From Octopus bimaculoides (lineage: Eukaryota): 64,000 bases of DNA. Numbering within the stretch: position 1 is the stretch's first letter; the number at the start of each line of letters is the position of its first letter. Below are positions 10,503 through 22,662 of the stretch, piece by piece. The notes under the pieces were generated by a model. The model was not told where the DNA came from. It did not search any database and saw only the letters and a list, made by a program, of their open reading frames with translations. Made by a program: the position numbers and the translations under genes. Location of the stretch: contig NC_068981.1 in the NCBI RefSeq assembly GCF_001194135.2, positions 100,705,657 through 100,769,656 on the forward strand, written 5' to 3'.

Positions 10503-12294
10503 CCCTTTAGTGTTCAGATTAATATCAAATGTAATACTTATTTGTTCACGTTATTTTGAATTATTCAGGTTCAAGAGGGGTGTTCAATATTTGTTTGTGA
10601 CTTTAATTTTTTACATATAGATATGAAATTTTGTCAGTGGGTGCTTATATACCAGTGGATTATTATAGTTATATAATTTTAGCTGATCTTGCTGATTAAA
10701 TTTGACTTTTATGAGCAGGTAAATTTAATTAACAGGTGTAAAAGCAATAACATTATGTATAAACACTAAAATTGAATTTCTTAATGCATCTTATCTGTTT
10801 GATTTGTTACTAAAATTATCCCAGATGTCAGCCGCCAACAATTTTGCCACTTTTCATGATGAGGTACATTAATTTGAATTAATTAAAATACAGGTATAAT
10901 CAGTACAAGATTTTATTCTTTCTCTATATTTCATTGAAAATAAAGTACAAAACTCTTTTACTAGTCAGTATCCCATTGGCTATGTACTCTTATACAATTT
11001 AATGAATACATTTACATAACAGAATGCTTCTAAAAAAAAAAACTCATTAACAGGTGAAGCAAAGATGAATGCAGGTGTGTAACATACTGAAAATTAAATG
11101 TATTTCTCACTTTCACATATTTGTAATAAAATGAAAAGAATATATGATAGTATTACTATTAAACAACAAAATATAGTTATGCCATATTTCTATCGTGAAA
11201 CTGTCCAAAGCACACTTTGCAAGGCGAACACATATATGAGGTCTCGACATGATATCCTTTCGCAGTTTTTCATTTTTGCAGCGAACACTGTCTGCAAACT
11301 TTTTTCCTTCAATTTATTTTTTCCACTTTATTGAAGTCAGTATTTTCTGACATCCACCTCAGTTAATTTTGCTTTTCTCCCTGTTCTGTGCTTTCTGGAA
11401 GAAAAGCCCTCACATAACTAAGATGTGATGTCATCCCAAAATTTCAAATGGTCGTAGTCCTTTGGTGGCAGAGGTACCTTGTGGCTTTTTATATAAACAA
11501 TATATGAATTAACTATAGTTAGACAATGCTGAAGATATATATATATAGATCACCATACCTTATATCAAGATTCCAGTAGTTCCACAGTTGAGGGAGTTGC
11601 TTGATAACAAACATAATGTTTATAGTAAAAAAAGCTTGTTTCCACAGTATCAATTGGCTGCCATAGTGGATCTTGTCTTCCACAAATAGAAATTATGCAT
11701 TGAGCATATTTGTTTCTTCTGTGACAGCTTCAAAAAAACATTTCAGTAAAAATAAAAATAAATAGCCCAATGGTTGAGCATCAAGAGGTAGTCTGTATTG
11801 TGGACTAGTCTTTTCTGTGAAATCAAGAATTGTGGTTGATGTAGTAATCTTCAACCATGTTGCTGTAATGTTTTCAATATCATTTTCATCACTTTCATTA
11901 TCAAAATCTTTCTTGTCCAATGAAGATTCATAAATGTCAATATGATTCGTCCAAAGACAAATGACTGTTGGTTTTGTTTATATTTTGTACATCAAGATTA
12001 AAACCTTTGAAGTTGGAATCTCTACTTGCTGATGCCATATCGTTAAAAACTAAGATATACACTTCTCTTCAAACGATTAAAAAACCAAGTCTCAAAAATT
12101 TCATGGTATTTTTACTTAAATAAAGGCGGGACAGCCTTTAACTTGCATTATCTGAAAGCTCTGAAAATTCAGTAATGCAATTTATTTTTTTTAGTAATTT
12201 TGTAGAGGAATCAGATACTGCTGGATTTGACCAGTTCAAACAAATAAAAGGGAATAATTTTTGGCTGGATTTGGCCGGTCTAAACACTAAAAGG
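10503..12294 (-). mobile_element. Internally deleted piggyBac transposon with both ends and TTAA target sites
   Basis: TTAA at 10499-10502 and 12295-12298. Minus-strand transposase remnants: FTEKTSPQ..PLGYLFLFLLKCFFEAVTEETNM (ORF 11693-11920), KQAFFTINIMFVIKQLPQLWNYWN, and C-terminal Cys-rich CRQCSLQK*KTAKGYHVETSYMCSPCKVCFGQFH (about 11180-11300). I found no catalytic core. Confidence 0.8.
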
Positions 12295-12404
12295 TTAATG
12301 GTATACATAAAAACTACAGTAGATTTTATACATACAGTTACAATTTTCCAGGACCTTTTGGTTCCAAAGCCATAAGTTACTTAAATAATGTTGTGTAACA
12401 CAAT

Positions 12405-12772
12405 TTTTGTCCTTGGGTAGCAACTGTTACTTGCCCCTAAAAAGTATGAAAAATGGCTAAAATTTCCTTCAAACTTGTCTCTACTTGGATAGCTAGCAGC
12501 AAACAGAATTGTTGAGCTTACAATTCCTGTATTTATACTGCCATCTATGTTGCCAAAATGTTCTAGAAATTCTTGAAACTTAGAAAGTTCTACAAAATTC
12601 TGCTTCAGCAACTCTGTACTGAATTTGTCAGATATGTAACAAAAAATAAGACAGTTTCAAAACATTGATGTCCATGTCACAAAAGCAAGGTTTGAAGAGA
12701 AAAGTAGTCACTTCCTTTGATTTCTAGATAGAAGCAAATAGGAAATAATGCTTACTGACCAAAGTCAAAAAA
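12405..12772. mobile_element. ~400-bp MITE-like element, copy 1
   Basis: Extensive similarity to 20158-20586 (e.g. cttcctttgatttctagatagaagcaaataggaaataa); imperfect terminal inverted repeats. Confidence 0.65.
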
Positions 12773-13058
12773 AAAAAATTGTTACAGTGTAATTAAATGG
12801 AATACAGATACCTGTACATTAGTATAAGTGATACAAGTTTATTAATGCTGTACTGTACAAGGTACAAGTAAACCAGTCTGGTGGCCACAGGAATTAGAAG
12901 TTCCTGCTTGTAAATTAGTGTGGATTATAAGGGGTTCCAGACTACTAATGTCAGAAAAGTCTGTATTGTACTTGTATATATAGTGGTGGATTTAATTGTT
13001 AGATTCAATGTTTAATTTAGTGTCTTACTATTTTGATTTTGAAAAAGTTGCTCATTTA

Positions 13059-13098
<40 letters not shown>

Positions 13099-13194
13099 CT
13101 ATACCATTCATAACTAACCCAATAAATATATTCCTTAGAATTTAGTATTATCATTGAAATGATATTAAGGAGAATCTTTAGAGCACAAGGCAAA

Positions 13195-14480
13195 ATGCCA
13201 TCAGTATTTCATTACAGCTCTAATGTTCCAAGTTCAAATCCTGTTGAGGTCAACTTTATCTTTCATCCTTCCATGGTTGATAATGTAAAATGTGTCAAAC
13301 TTAATGGCCTTGTATCAGTATTGAGCTGGTTGGATTGTTAGAACATCGAAATAACTACTTTGCATTATTTCTTCTGACTTTATATTCTAAATTCAAATCT
13401 CATCTCAGTCAACTTTACCATTCACTCCTCTGGGGTTGATAAAATTAAGTACTAGTCAAGTACTGGGGTTAATGGTATTAACTAAATCCCTCCCACTTCA
13501 AAACCATTGGCTTTGTGCTTATATAAGAAATAATTATTAAGCCAGTTGATGGCAGAATGATAAAATTGTAAAAATCTCTGTGGTATTTAGTTAAAACTTT
13601 CTTGCTTTGAATTAAAATAATGGAGCTGTTTAACCAACTATACTCTTCGTACGAAATTGGTTTTTTGCTTTGGTCAGAAATGGTAGAGAGTAAGAAAAAA
13701 TACTTAGTAATTTCTGGTGGTATCATTTTATTTTCCAAGTTCAAATCTGGCCTGAGTAAATTTCCTTTCTTCCTCACATTGTCAATCAAGTGTTGAGGTG
13801 AATCTAATTGACTTTCCACTACCAAAACTTTTGGGCTTGTTCCTTAATTGGAAACAATTGTTGTTTGTTGTAAGTAAGACAGCAACTTGGCAGAATAGTT
13901 TGAGCTCTGGAAAAATGCCTTGCAGCACTTCTTCCAGTTATTTACATTCTGATTTCAAATCTTGGCACAGTCAACTTTGCTCTTCATCCCTCTGGTGGTC
14001 AATACAATAGAGTACCAGTCATGTACTAGGGTCAACTATTCCTGACCATCTAAAATTCTTGGCCTTGTACCTAAATTAGAAACTATTATCATTATGGTGG
14101 CAAGCTGGCAGAATCGTTAGCCTGTTGGGCAAAATGCTTAGTAGCATTTCGTTTGTCTTTACGTTCTGAGTTCAAATTCTGCTGATGTTGACTTTTTTTT
14201 ATCCCTTCAGGGTCAATAAAATTAAGTACCAGTCAAATACTGGAGTGTTTTTAATCACCTAACCTCAACCTCAAATTTCAGACCTTTTCTTGAAATTGTA
14301 AAATATAGAAGTGGTAAGCTAGCAGAATTGTTAGTATTTCTGCTGGCTCTTTATGTCCTGATTTCAAATCCCACCAAAGTTAACTTTGTCTTTCATATCT
14401 TTAGGGTTGAAAAGGAGTACTAGTGATGTACTTGGGTTGATGGTAACAAGTAAACCCTTCCCCCACCAAAATTGCTAACC
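13195..14480. mobile_element. Cluster of about 5 degenerate SINE family B copies
   Basis: Recurrent ggcagaatcgttag...gagttcaaat...tttcatcc...ggtcaataaaattaagtaccagt in both orientations; further copies near 30113-30270, 35947-36140 (-), 42460-42600 and 63856-63900. Confidence 0.65.
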
Positions 14481-14662
14481 TTATTTATGTCTTAAGTTAG
14501 AATTATTATTAGCCTGATCATCTTCGATGACTAGGATTTTGAACTTCTAGTACTGCTTTCTCAGCATCTTTTTTAACTCTTGCAAACTAGGTTATTTAAC
14601 TGTAGGGAAAGCAGTTAAAGTAAATGTTTTTTTTTTTTTTCATTTTTTCCCTTATGAAGATA

Positions 14663-15033
14663 TTTGTGTGTTGGCACTCTGTCACTTACGACGTCAAGGG
14701 TTCTAGTTGATCTGATCAACGGAACAGCCTGCTCGTGAAATTAATGTGCAAGTGGCTGAGCACTCTACAGACACGTGTACTCTTAATGTAGTTCTCGGGG
14801 ATATTCAGCGTGACAGTGTGACAAGGCTGGCCCTTTGTATTACAGGCACAACAGAAAGAGGAAGTAAGAGTGAGAGAAAGTTGTGGTGAAAGAGTACAGC
14901 AGGGTTCGCCCCCATCCCCTGCCGGAGCCTCGTGGAGCTTTAGGTGTTTTCGCTCAATAAACACTCACAACGCCTGGTCTGGGAATCGAAACCGCGAGTC
15001 CGCTACCCTAACCACTGGGCCATTGCACCTCCT
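14663..15033 (-). mobile_element. tRNA-headed SINE family C with 11-bp TSD
   Basis: Minus-strand head ggaggtgcaatggcccagtggttaggg...ggtttcgattcccagacc; TSD TTATGAAGATA at 14652-14662 and 15034-15044; homologous to 37683-38068. Confidence 0.88.
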
Positions 15034-15398
15034 TTATGAAGATAGCGCAATAGAGAAGTATCATCCAGGTGTTATTGGTAATAGTTTTAATAAATCATAT
15101 TTATATAAATTTGGATCTGTGTAAAGTATGATATAAATGTCACGAGCACATAGTTGTCTTATATAAACTTTCGTTTAATGCAATGTATTGGTTTACCTGT
15201 TAGGGGGTTGATCTATTTATTGAAGCTATCTCCATATGAGCTGCAGATCGGTCGGCCCACAAGAATGCAAGCTTTTGGGAGTTGTGGAGTGGAAATAACT
15301 AATTTTTTAATGATGATATTTTTGTAACAGCAATGTGTAACTTTTATGCATTTCTTAGATTACTTTTGGTGATGAAATTTTTCTTTATTGAATTCTAG

Positions 15399-15476
15399 AA
15401 GCAAAAAGGTTTGGATTGTGAAGAAGGAAACAAAAGTGGTAGCTCATCTTCGGAGGAGAGTGACAGTGGAGAGGAG
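15399..15476 (+). CDS. PDAP1: PDAP1 coding exon 3 (acidic/Ser-rich)
   Basis: ttctag|AAG CAA AAA ... GAG GAG|gtaact; 78 nt, KQKGLDCEEGNKSGSSSSEESDSGEE; keeps frame between exons 2 and 4. Confidence 0.88.
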
Positions 15477-15769
15477 GTAACTATTCTTTTCCAATTGCAA
15501 AATTCTGAAATTGTTGAAAATCGCTTTTATTGGTGATGCCTATCTCATCATCTTCAGCTGATAATTCTGAGCTTGACCAGGTATTGAACCTGAGACCTTT
15601 TATTTATTTTGAGGCAATCTTCACTAGTGGTTCTATGAAAAAGCACCCAGTACACTCTGTAAAATGGTTGGTGTTAGGAACCACATTCAGCTGTAGAAGC
15701 CATACGAAAGTAGACATTGGAGCATGACATAATCCTCCAGCATGTCAAAACTTGTTGAACTGTTTAATC

Positions 15770-16047
15770 CAGGGGTTTTCAAACTGTGGTCCGCGGACAA
15801 GACAGCAAATGCTGTCGTAGACAGCAAATGCTTTTTATGGGCAATTTGATTTTATGTTTTTTAATCGAAATCTTTTAATTGACAATAAACCTATTTGTTA
15901 AATACTGTTAAATAAATAAATGTAAAAATATATGTTATTTTAAGCAAGTATTTATGTATAAATTTCATAAGCGTTTATAAGGGGGTCCCTAAAGTAAAGC
16001 CTGAAATATAAAGGGGTCCCGTAAGTCAAAAAGTTTGAAAACCCCTG
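15770..16047. mobile_element. hAT-type MITE nested in an RTE-tail repeat
   Basis: TIR CAGGGGTTTTCAAAC / GTTTGAAAACCCCTG (perfect 15 bp); 8-bp TSD GTTTAATC / GTTTAACC. The flanks (about 15655-15769 and 16048-16090) rejoin into the RTE-type tail. Confidence 0.88.
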
Positions 16048-16419
16048 GTTTAACCCTTGCCAGCATGGAAGCAACATGTTAAATGATTACCTGATGTTCT
16101 AACCTCTGACTTGGAGGATTGTCATTTTAAAATGGTTAAACTTTTTGGGGGCGGTTTTTTTGCCTAGTTTGTGTTGTTTATTATTTTCTATAAAAAAAAG
16201 TTTTTCTGAGATAAAATTATAGTGATATCTGTTTCCTCTTCTTAGGTGTGTTGTTGGCACAGTGTTTTAAATGATATTTTTCCCAACTGTCTTCAAGTAA
16301 TATTCTTGAGATAGGTCAGGGATTGAGTCTGCAATCTTTATTTTGCCAGCTGGTTTTAGCTCAGAGATATCATCAGAAGGCAAGTGGAGAGAATAATGAC
16401 TAAATGTGTCGACAACACA

Positions 16420-16627
16420 TTCAGTACTTTAACATTTAGATTACCCTGTCAAATGTAATGCTTATTTAGTCGCATTGTTTTGAATTAATTAAGCATTGTC
16501 TTGTAGCTTTGAGATTTCAGTGATATAATTGTTTATTTTAGAATGGCATTGTAGGGTGAGTGTAAGAGGCCATATCTGGCTTGCATGAATGTAAAACTAA
16601 AATATTTGGGCCTAATATGCTAATGAG
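16420..16627 (-). mobile_element. piggyBac-type MITE copy (reverse)
   Basis: Reverse-complement match to 9527-9723, ending gctaatgag|ttaa. Confidence 0.65.
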
Positions 16628-16892
16628 TTAAAATGAGGAAATAGATTGTAAAATAGGCATCACTGTAATCTCATCTCAGAAAAATTATAGAGATACTTAT
16701 TGGGATTTGAAGCACAGGTGTAATAGTTTCATCAGACAATTGCTTCTCAACTACATGGCTTTGGATTCAGTCTCATTGTGTAGCACCTTGGGAAGTGTCT
16801 TCTACCATAGCTCTGGGCCAACGAAATCCTAAGGAGTGGGTATGATAGACAAACTGAAAGAAGCCCATGTATAATACATACATATATATATA

Positions 16893-17272
16893 CTCTTTAC
16901 GCTTTTACTTGTTTCAGTCATTTGACTGTGGCCACGCTGGAGCACCGCCTTTAGTCGAGCAAATCAACCCCAGGACTTATTCTTTGTAAGCCTAGTACTT
17001 ATTCTATCGGTCTCTTTTGCTGAACCGCTATGTTACGGTGGTGTAAACACACCAGTATCGTTTGTCAAGCGATGTTGGGGGGACAAACACACACACACAT
17101 ACATATATATGACAGGGTTCTTTCAGTTTCCGTCTACCAAATCCACTCACAAGGCTTTGATCGGCCCAAGGTTATAGTAGAAGACACTTGCTCATGGTGC
17201 CACGCAGTAGGACTGAACCCAGAACCATGTGGTTGGTAAGTAAGCTACTTATCACACAGCCACTCCTACGCC
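16893..17272 (-). mobile_element. SINE family A, full copy, preceded by a plus-strand half copy (about 16712-16890)
   Basis: Reverse complement of 1084-1501. Confidence 0.85.
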
Positions 17273-17859
17273 TATATATATATATATNNNNNNNNNNNNN
17301 NNNNNNNNNNNNNNNNNNNNNNNNNNNNNNNNNNNNNNNNNNNNNNNNNNNNNNNNNNNNNNNNNNNNNNNNNNNNNNNNNNNNNNNNNNNNNNNNNNNN
17401 NNNNNNNNNNNNNNNNNNNNNNNNNNNNNNNNNNNNNNNNNNNNNNNNNNNNNNNNNNNNNNNNNNNNNNNNNNNNNNNNNNNNNNNATATAGGGCAGGG
17501 AATTGTCAATTAGTAATAAAATTAATAATTAACAATTTTCTCTTCTGTTTTTGTTCTGTGTGTGTATGTTAGTCTCCTTGTCATGTGATAGTTGAAAATG
17601 AATGTCATTATCATGCAAAAAGCGTCCTTCATTTCGAATCTTCTGTGGAAACATATCTAGTCGTGGGAAAATATTGCCTTACCTGGAAACAGGAAGGGCA
17701 TCTGGCTGTAGAAAATCTGCTTCAAAAAATTCTGAACCATGCAAGCATGAGAAAGTGGACATTAAAATGATGGTGATGAGAGCTTATATATTTTAGATTT
17801 TAGCCATCTCCTGGTTCTTGTATTGTATATTCTCTTAATATTAACTTTAAAATATGTAA

Positions 17860-18077
17860 CCCATTAGCATTTAAATTGGCCATATCTGGCTCAAATATTC
17901 TTCCTGTTTTATGTTCAAACCAGCCTGATTTGGCCACTCATTCCTACCCTGCAATGTCATTCTAAAACTATAATCACATGACTGAAATCTTGAAGCTTCA
18001 AGATAAGACATGATAAATTCAAAATAATGTGAATGTATATGCATTGCATTTGATTGAAGAATTTGAGTGCTAAAGAG
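17860..18077 (+). mobile_element. piggyBac-type MITE copy, ending about 60 nt upstream of PDAP1 exon 4
   Basis: cccattagcatttaaattggccatatctggc ... gagtgctaaagag; homologous to 9527-9723. Confidence 0.7.
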
Positions 18078-18135
18078 TGAACATTGTTCAAACCATTTTT
18101 ATTATGTTTAATAATGATTAATGTCAATTTTCCAG

Positions 18136-18263
18136 AGTAAATCCAAAGGAGTTGGGCACCTTATAGATATTGATAACCCCAACCGGGTTGTTAGCAAAAC
18201 TAAAAAAGCTACCACTGTTAGTGTGGAAGCGAATCCCGCTCAAGGTCTTTCAAGAAGGGAGAG
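18136..18263 (+). CDS. PDAP1: PDAP1 coding exon 4
   Basis: ttccag|AGT AAA TCC AAA GGA GTT GGG CAC CTT ATA GAT ATT GAT AAC CCC AAC CGG ... GAG AG|gtatgt; KGVGHLIDIDNPNR and LSRRER match the conserved PDAP1 motifs KGVEGLIDIENPNR and LSRRER. Confidence 0.95.
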
Positions 18264-18882
18264 GTATGTAAAAAAATTTTTAATCTTTTGCATTTTAGAA
18301 GTAAAATTGTTCCAAGCTCAACTAAAGCAAATTGAATAATGCACTATGCCTGTTATTGGACATTTTCTGTTTATAATCCTGAGCATTTTGTTATGCTGCA
18401 GATGAATCCTAGTAAATGAGTATCAGTTAATGCGAGGAAAGACCTTCTGCTTTCCAGCTCCTGTTTGAAGAAAAGTTGTGAAAACAAAAATTATAAAAAC
18501 TTACTTGATTTTAACGCTTTTGTTACTATATTTCTAATTGAATTATCTCTTCTGTGAGTTTTATTAAAATTCTGAAATAATCATGAGTTCAAATGTCACT
18601 TATTGACGTATTAATCTGGTTTTTGGAACCTAGCAAAAGGTTGTAAATCTATTATACATTTTTTTTTTTTTGTTTCAAAACAAATCTCATTGCATGTAAA
18701 AACAGGTAAAGTTAATAAAATATAAAATTAAATTTTGTTGAAACATTCACCATAGAAAATGTGCTATTAGCTAATCTTTAGATGGATATACAACAATATT
18801 GTACAGTTCTATATTTAAGAGATGAGGAATTATGTACATTATTTACATTTCATGGATATTTGTCCTCATCTTGTTTGTTGTT

Positions 18883-18930
18883 AACACAACGTTTCAGCTG
18901 ATATATCCACCAGCTTTCATCAGGTGTCTT
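18883..18930 (-). ncRNA. Minimal type I hammerhead ribozyme-like motif
   Basis: Minus strand: GACAC-CUGAUGA-A-AGCUGG UGGAUAUA UCAGCU-GAAA-CG-U-U-GUGUU. Stem I GACAC/GUGUU; stem II AGCUG/CAGCU plus G.U; stem III reduced to the palindrome ACGU; predicted cleavage triplet GUU. Folded by hand; activity untested. Confidence 0.6.
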
Positions 18931-18988
18931 GGGGAAATTTCGAACCTGAGTTCTCATTCCTAAGGTATTTTTCAATGTTGTTGTTCAG

Positions 18989-19060
18989 GTCACTGCCTGG
19001 TATCGAACTCGGAATCTTGGCATTAGTTGCCTGTGCTCTTAACCACTACGCCATATGCCC
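18989..19060 (-). mobile_element. tRNA-like Pol III head of a hammerhead-containing repeat
   Basis: Minus strand gggcataTGGCGTAGTGGttaagagcac...ccGAGTTCGATACCaggcagtgacc (A and B boxes); second copy at 45865-45932. Confidence 0.7.
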
Positions 19061-19074
19061 TTGGGCAATTATGG

Positions 19075-19310
19075 AGTGAATTTTTTAGGGCTTATAAATC
19101 TAATATTTTCCTATCCTTCCTTAATACCGGTTCCCATATGCACTCAGTCTGCTTAGGAGGTTGTTGTATCCTAGCATATGTGCTGCTTCTTTTAGTTTTC
19201 GTATTTTCCACTGGTGTTCTCTGTCTATTATTTTAACTTCATCCCACAGGGGGTGGTCTCCATTTCTCCATACATGATCAGCTATAGCCAATTTATCAAT
19301 ATCTTCTTGT
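19075..19310 (-). mobile_element. Penelope-like element 3' end (region C-terminal to the GIY-YIG core)
   Basis: ORF 19121-19366 contains KLAIADHVWRNGDHPLWDEVKIIDREHQWKIRKLKEAAH, typical of the PLE endonuclease C-terminus; continues after a frameshift as IWEPVLRKDRKILDL*. Confidence 0.65.
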
Positions 19311-20157
19311 GTCACAGAAATCAATATGTCCATCAAAGACATGCTTATGCTTGCTGCATTTTTCATTTGATTTTGCTGCTGCTGTTTGTGAATATGAAAC
19401 TAGATTTTTTTTTTTATGTAAGAGTGAATGAAAATTTAATGTAGAAAAACTGCTGGAGAAAAGAATATTCGTGTTAAAAAATGTCAGACAATATAACACA
19501 ATTGAAAAGATGTATTTCCACGAATGTAACAAGATTTGCATTGAAATTTTCATTTAATGGTGAATAAGTTATTTTGATCAGATTAGTAATGAAAGGGTTC
19601 AGCTGTTGCAAAAAAATGTTTTGAAGTCTCTGGTGGATGTAAAAATATATTTTAAATTTAATTTGAAATAATCTAATTACTCAAATTTGACTAAAATTCC
19701 TTCAGTAAACCAAATAGATCTTATCACTCACTGAATTAACTTCAATTAACTATTCTGTGATAATCAGGAGCATTTGGATCAGATGCTTAATAACTAAATC
19801 CTTTTCTTTTTTTTTTTTTAAATATATAATGTTAATGCAAATACACGCAAATTTATACTAGTGCGCAAGTAAAGATCACTTATAAATATAAAGCAACAAG
19901 CATCAAAAACAGTCAACTAATTCTCATTAAAGCTGGTTTGTCAGTGTCTTTGCAAATTTACGCATCACAATCATGGCTTCAAAAAATAGAAAGTAAGATT
20001 CTTATTGAATTTGATTCTCCTATTCTCTATTTACAAATTATTACCCTAAACTTTGTATAATGAATTGTTTGCATTTGGTTTTTTGAAAATTTTCTTTTAC
20101 TTTAAAGTAATTACTAATCCATTTATGTAATTAACCAATGACACTTTGTACATTGAT

Positions 20158-20586
20158 TTTTGTCCTTGTGTAGCAACTGTTATTTCCTATTTGCTGACCT
20201 CTAGAAATTATGAAATATGGTTAATATTTCCTTCAAACTTTGCTTTTGTTACATTTATTTAAACCTCAAAGAACCTCTCTCAACACATAGCTACAATTCT
20301 CCCCTACTGCTCATGATCAGAGATGCCCATATTATCAGCCTCTGAGGAACATGCTCAAGTGTTTATGGTTAAGCAACTCTCTGGTATTGAGCAGAATATT
20401 TGCTACAATGATATTTCTGCTTTAGCAACTCGGTGCTGAATCTGTCTGAAATGTAACAGAAAATAGGTCAGTTTCAAAATATTGGTGTCCAAATCACAAG
20501 AGCAAAGTTTGAAGGGAATAGTAGTAATTTCCTTTGATCTCTAGATAGAAGCAAATAGGAAATAAAACTTATTGACCAAAGACAAA
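20158..20586. mobile_element. ~430-bp MITE-like element, copy 2
   Basis: Imperfect TIR ttttgtccttgtgtagcaactgttatttcctatttgc versus gcaaataggaaataaaacttattgaccaaagacaaaa; an internal fragment recurs inverted at about 56490-56640. Confidence 0.65.
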
Positions 20587-20724
20587 AACAAAAATTTTTG
20601 TTACATACTGTAATAGTTCTTTTCAATTAACACTGTTGACACTTTTGAGTTTGTATCTATAATCTTGTATTATATTTTTTTTTCAAAAATATGCAAATTG
20701 AAATATTTCTGAAATGTTTTTCAG

Positions 20725-20876
20725 GGAAGAAATTGAAAAACAACAAGCTCGAATTAGGTACCAGCAACTCCATGTCATGGGCAAAACAGAAGAAGCCAGA
20801 GCAGATCTTGCTCGTTTAGCACTTATAAAGAAACAAAGAGAAGAGTCTGCTAAGAGACGTGAAGATGACAAAAAAG
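20725..20876 (+). CDS. PDAP1: PDAP1 coding exon 5
   Basis: tttcag|G GAA GAA ATT ... AAA AAA G|gtaatg; [50 protein letters not shown] matches the conserved [24 protein letters not shown] core. Confidence 0.96.
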
Positions 20877-22105
20877 GTAATGGGACTTATACATTCACTC
20901 AACTTTACATTTGTTTCTTTGCTTGTGTGGGTTATATGAATGTTATTGAGGCATTACAGCCAGATGCTCTTCCTATCACTAACCATTACCTATTTTTCAA
21001 GTAAAGGATCTCTTTATTTTATGTGGCTTTGAAGATATGAAACAGGCACAAATGTAAACAAACACACACATTAGCATGTATGCATGCATACACACACACA
21101 CAGGTCTCTTTCAGTCTCTATTTATCAGATTCACTCACAAGAGTTGAGTCAGCTCGGGCTACAATAGAAGACATTTGCTCAAAGTGCTGCTGGGTGGAAC
21201 TGAAACTGAAACCAAATGTTTGAGAAATGAACTTCCACTGCTATCCCTGCACCTATAATGTTATTTCAGAAACAGGATTTTCTTTATATAAAGATAGTTG
21301 TTCTAGTGAGATTAATTTCTATGTTAGCAGAACAATTGAAATAAAGATTTCTTTTGCATATTGTGGTACAATGGCTAAGTTGTTTGAATCTTACTTCTGC
21401 CTTTCTGTTACATCACTGAGTAAGGGAATTTACTTTACTAGCCAGTGGATTTCACCCTAGCTTTATAGTTGATTGGTTAGCAAAAAAAATTACACACAAC
21501 TGTAAAAAAAAGAAAAATTTTCCAACAGTATTTTAATCTTTAAATTTGTGAAAACCTTAATTTAGGATAGAAAAACTGAAGTAAAACAGGAAATACAACA
21601 AAAATTACGTTCAATTAGAGTATAATCAATTTGAAATTATTTTTCATAGAATTAAAGAGAGAAACAACACTCACGTTATAATGGTTTAAATGAATTATTA
21701 GAGTTTATAAAAGCACTTAATCAAATCATTTATCAAATTTTGTTGACTTATTCAATGCATGTCAGTAAGCAAGAACACACAAAAAGACATTTGAAGCAAA
21801 ACTGACATTATCATATTACTGGAAAAGAACTTCTGTGCCATCATGTAACAACTGATTAGGAGTGGATCCTTCTCTGCACTGATATTGATCAGTTGCATTG
21901 ACCAAATACTGTCATGGACTCTTCCTGACATGTGATAGTGGTATTGGTAAATTCATTTTGTTTACTGTATATTCTAGGTGTAAACAGAACAGATGTATCA
22001 AATATTTTAATATAAATCTCTTATTTGTGTTGTAATATTGTTTACATATATATTAATATTTCCAGATTGGAATTAATTAAGCATTTTGTTGTTTTGTAAT
22101 TTCAG

Positions 22106-22155
22106 CCAAAGATAATGCCAAATCTACGGCAAATAAACTGAAAGGGAAGTCTTGA
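22106..22155 (+). CDS. PDAP1: PDAP1 coding exon 6 (to stop)
   Basis: tttcag|CC AAA GAT AAT GCC ... AAG TCT TGA; AKDNAKSTANKLKGKS*. The six exons total 531 nt = 176 aa plus stop. Confidence 0.88.
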
Positions 22156-22662
22156 TGTTAGGCGGTTTGAGTTAAAGAGCATCCTGTGACTATTAGCAAT
22201 GTGATTTTCACATTTTTACTAAGTTATCAGTGATAACTTCGTAACCATGATTACCACTTAAAAGTAATGTTAACTGTTATTACTATTATTTTTATTCTTA
22301 AAATATGTTACTGAGGTTCTGAAAACTGGCTTTTACCACTCCTTATATACTATAACTATATCTTGCATTTTTATCCTTCTTTAATTTTTTCCTAGTTGAA
22401 GAAATCTAAACTAAATGTACACCGCTAGCAGTTATTGGTTAGCAGAATGCATTTATATAAGATATACTTCTGCTTGAAATTAACTCAATGAGTAAAAAAA
22501 AAAAAAACTTTAGAAAATATGCAAATGATATAAATTGCAATGAACACTTTCTTTTGTTTATAAAGTTTGTCAGTAGGAAAACAACTTTAATAAATTATAT
22601 AAAATCAAAATAACCGACAAATTTTCTACTTAAAAGCATTGTTAAATTTTGTAAAAAAAAAT

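Noticed and set aside
13560-13825. 115-aa minus-strand ORF (13478-13825)
   Set aside because: Flanked by and partly made of SINE B sequence; only a vague resemblance to a LINE linker; no recognisable motif.
18989-19060. Possible genuine tRNA genes here and at 45865-45932, 14960-15033, 37990-38068 and 62922-62990
   Set aside because: A and B boxes are present, but I could not form complete acceptor and anticodon stems, and each is fused to a repeat body; treated as tRNA-derived heads.
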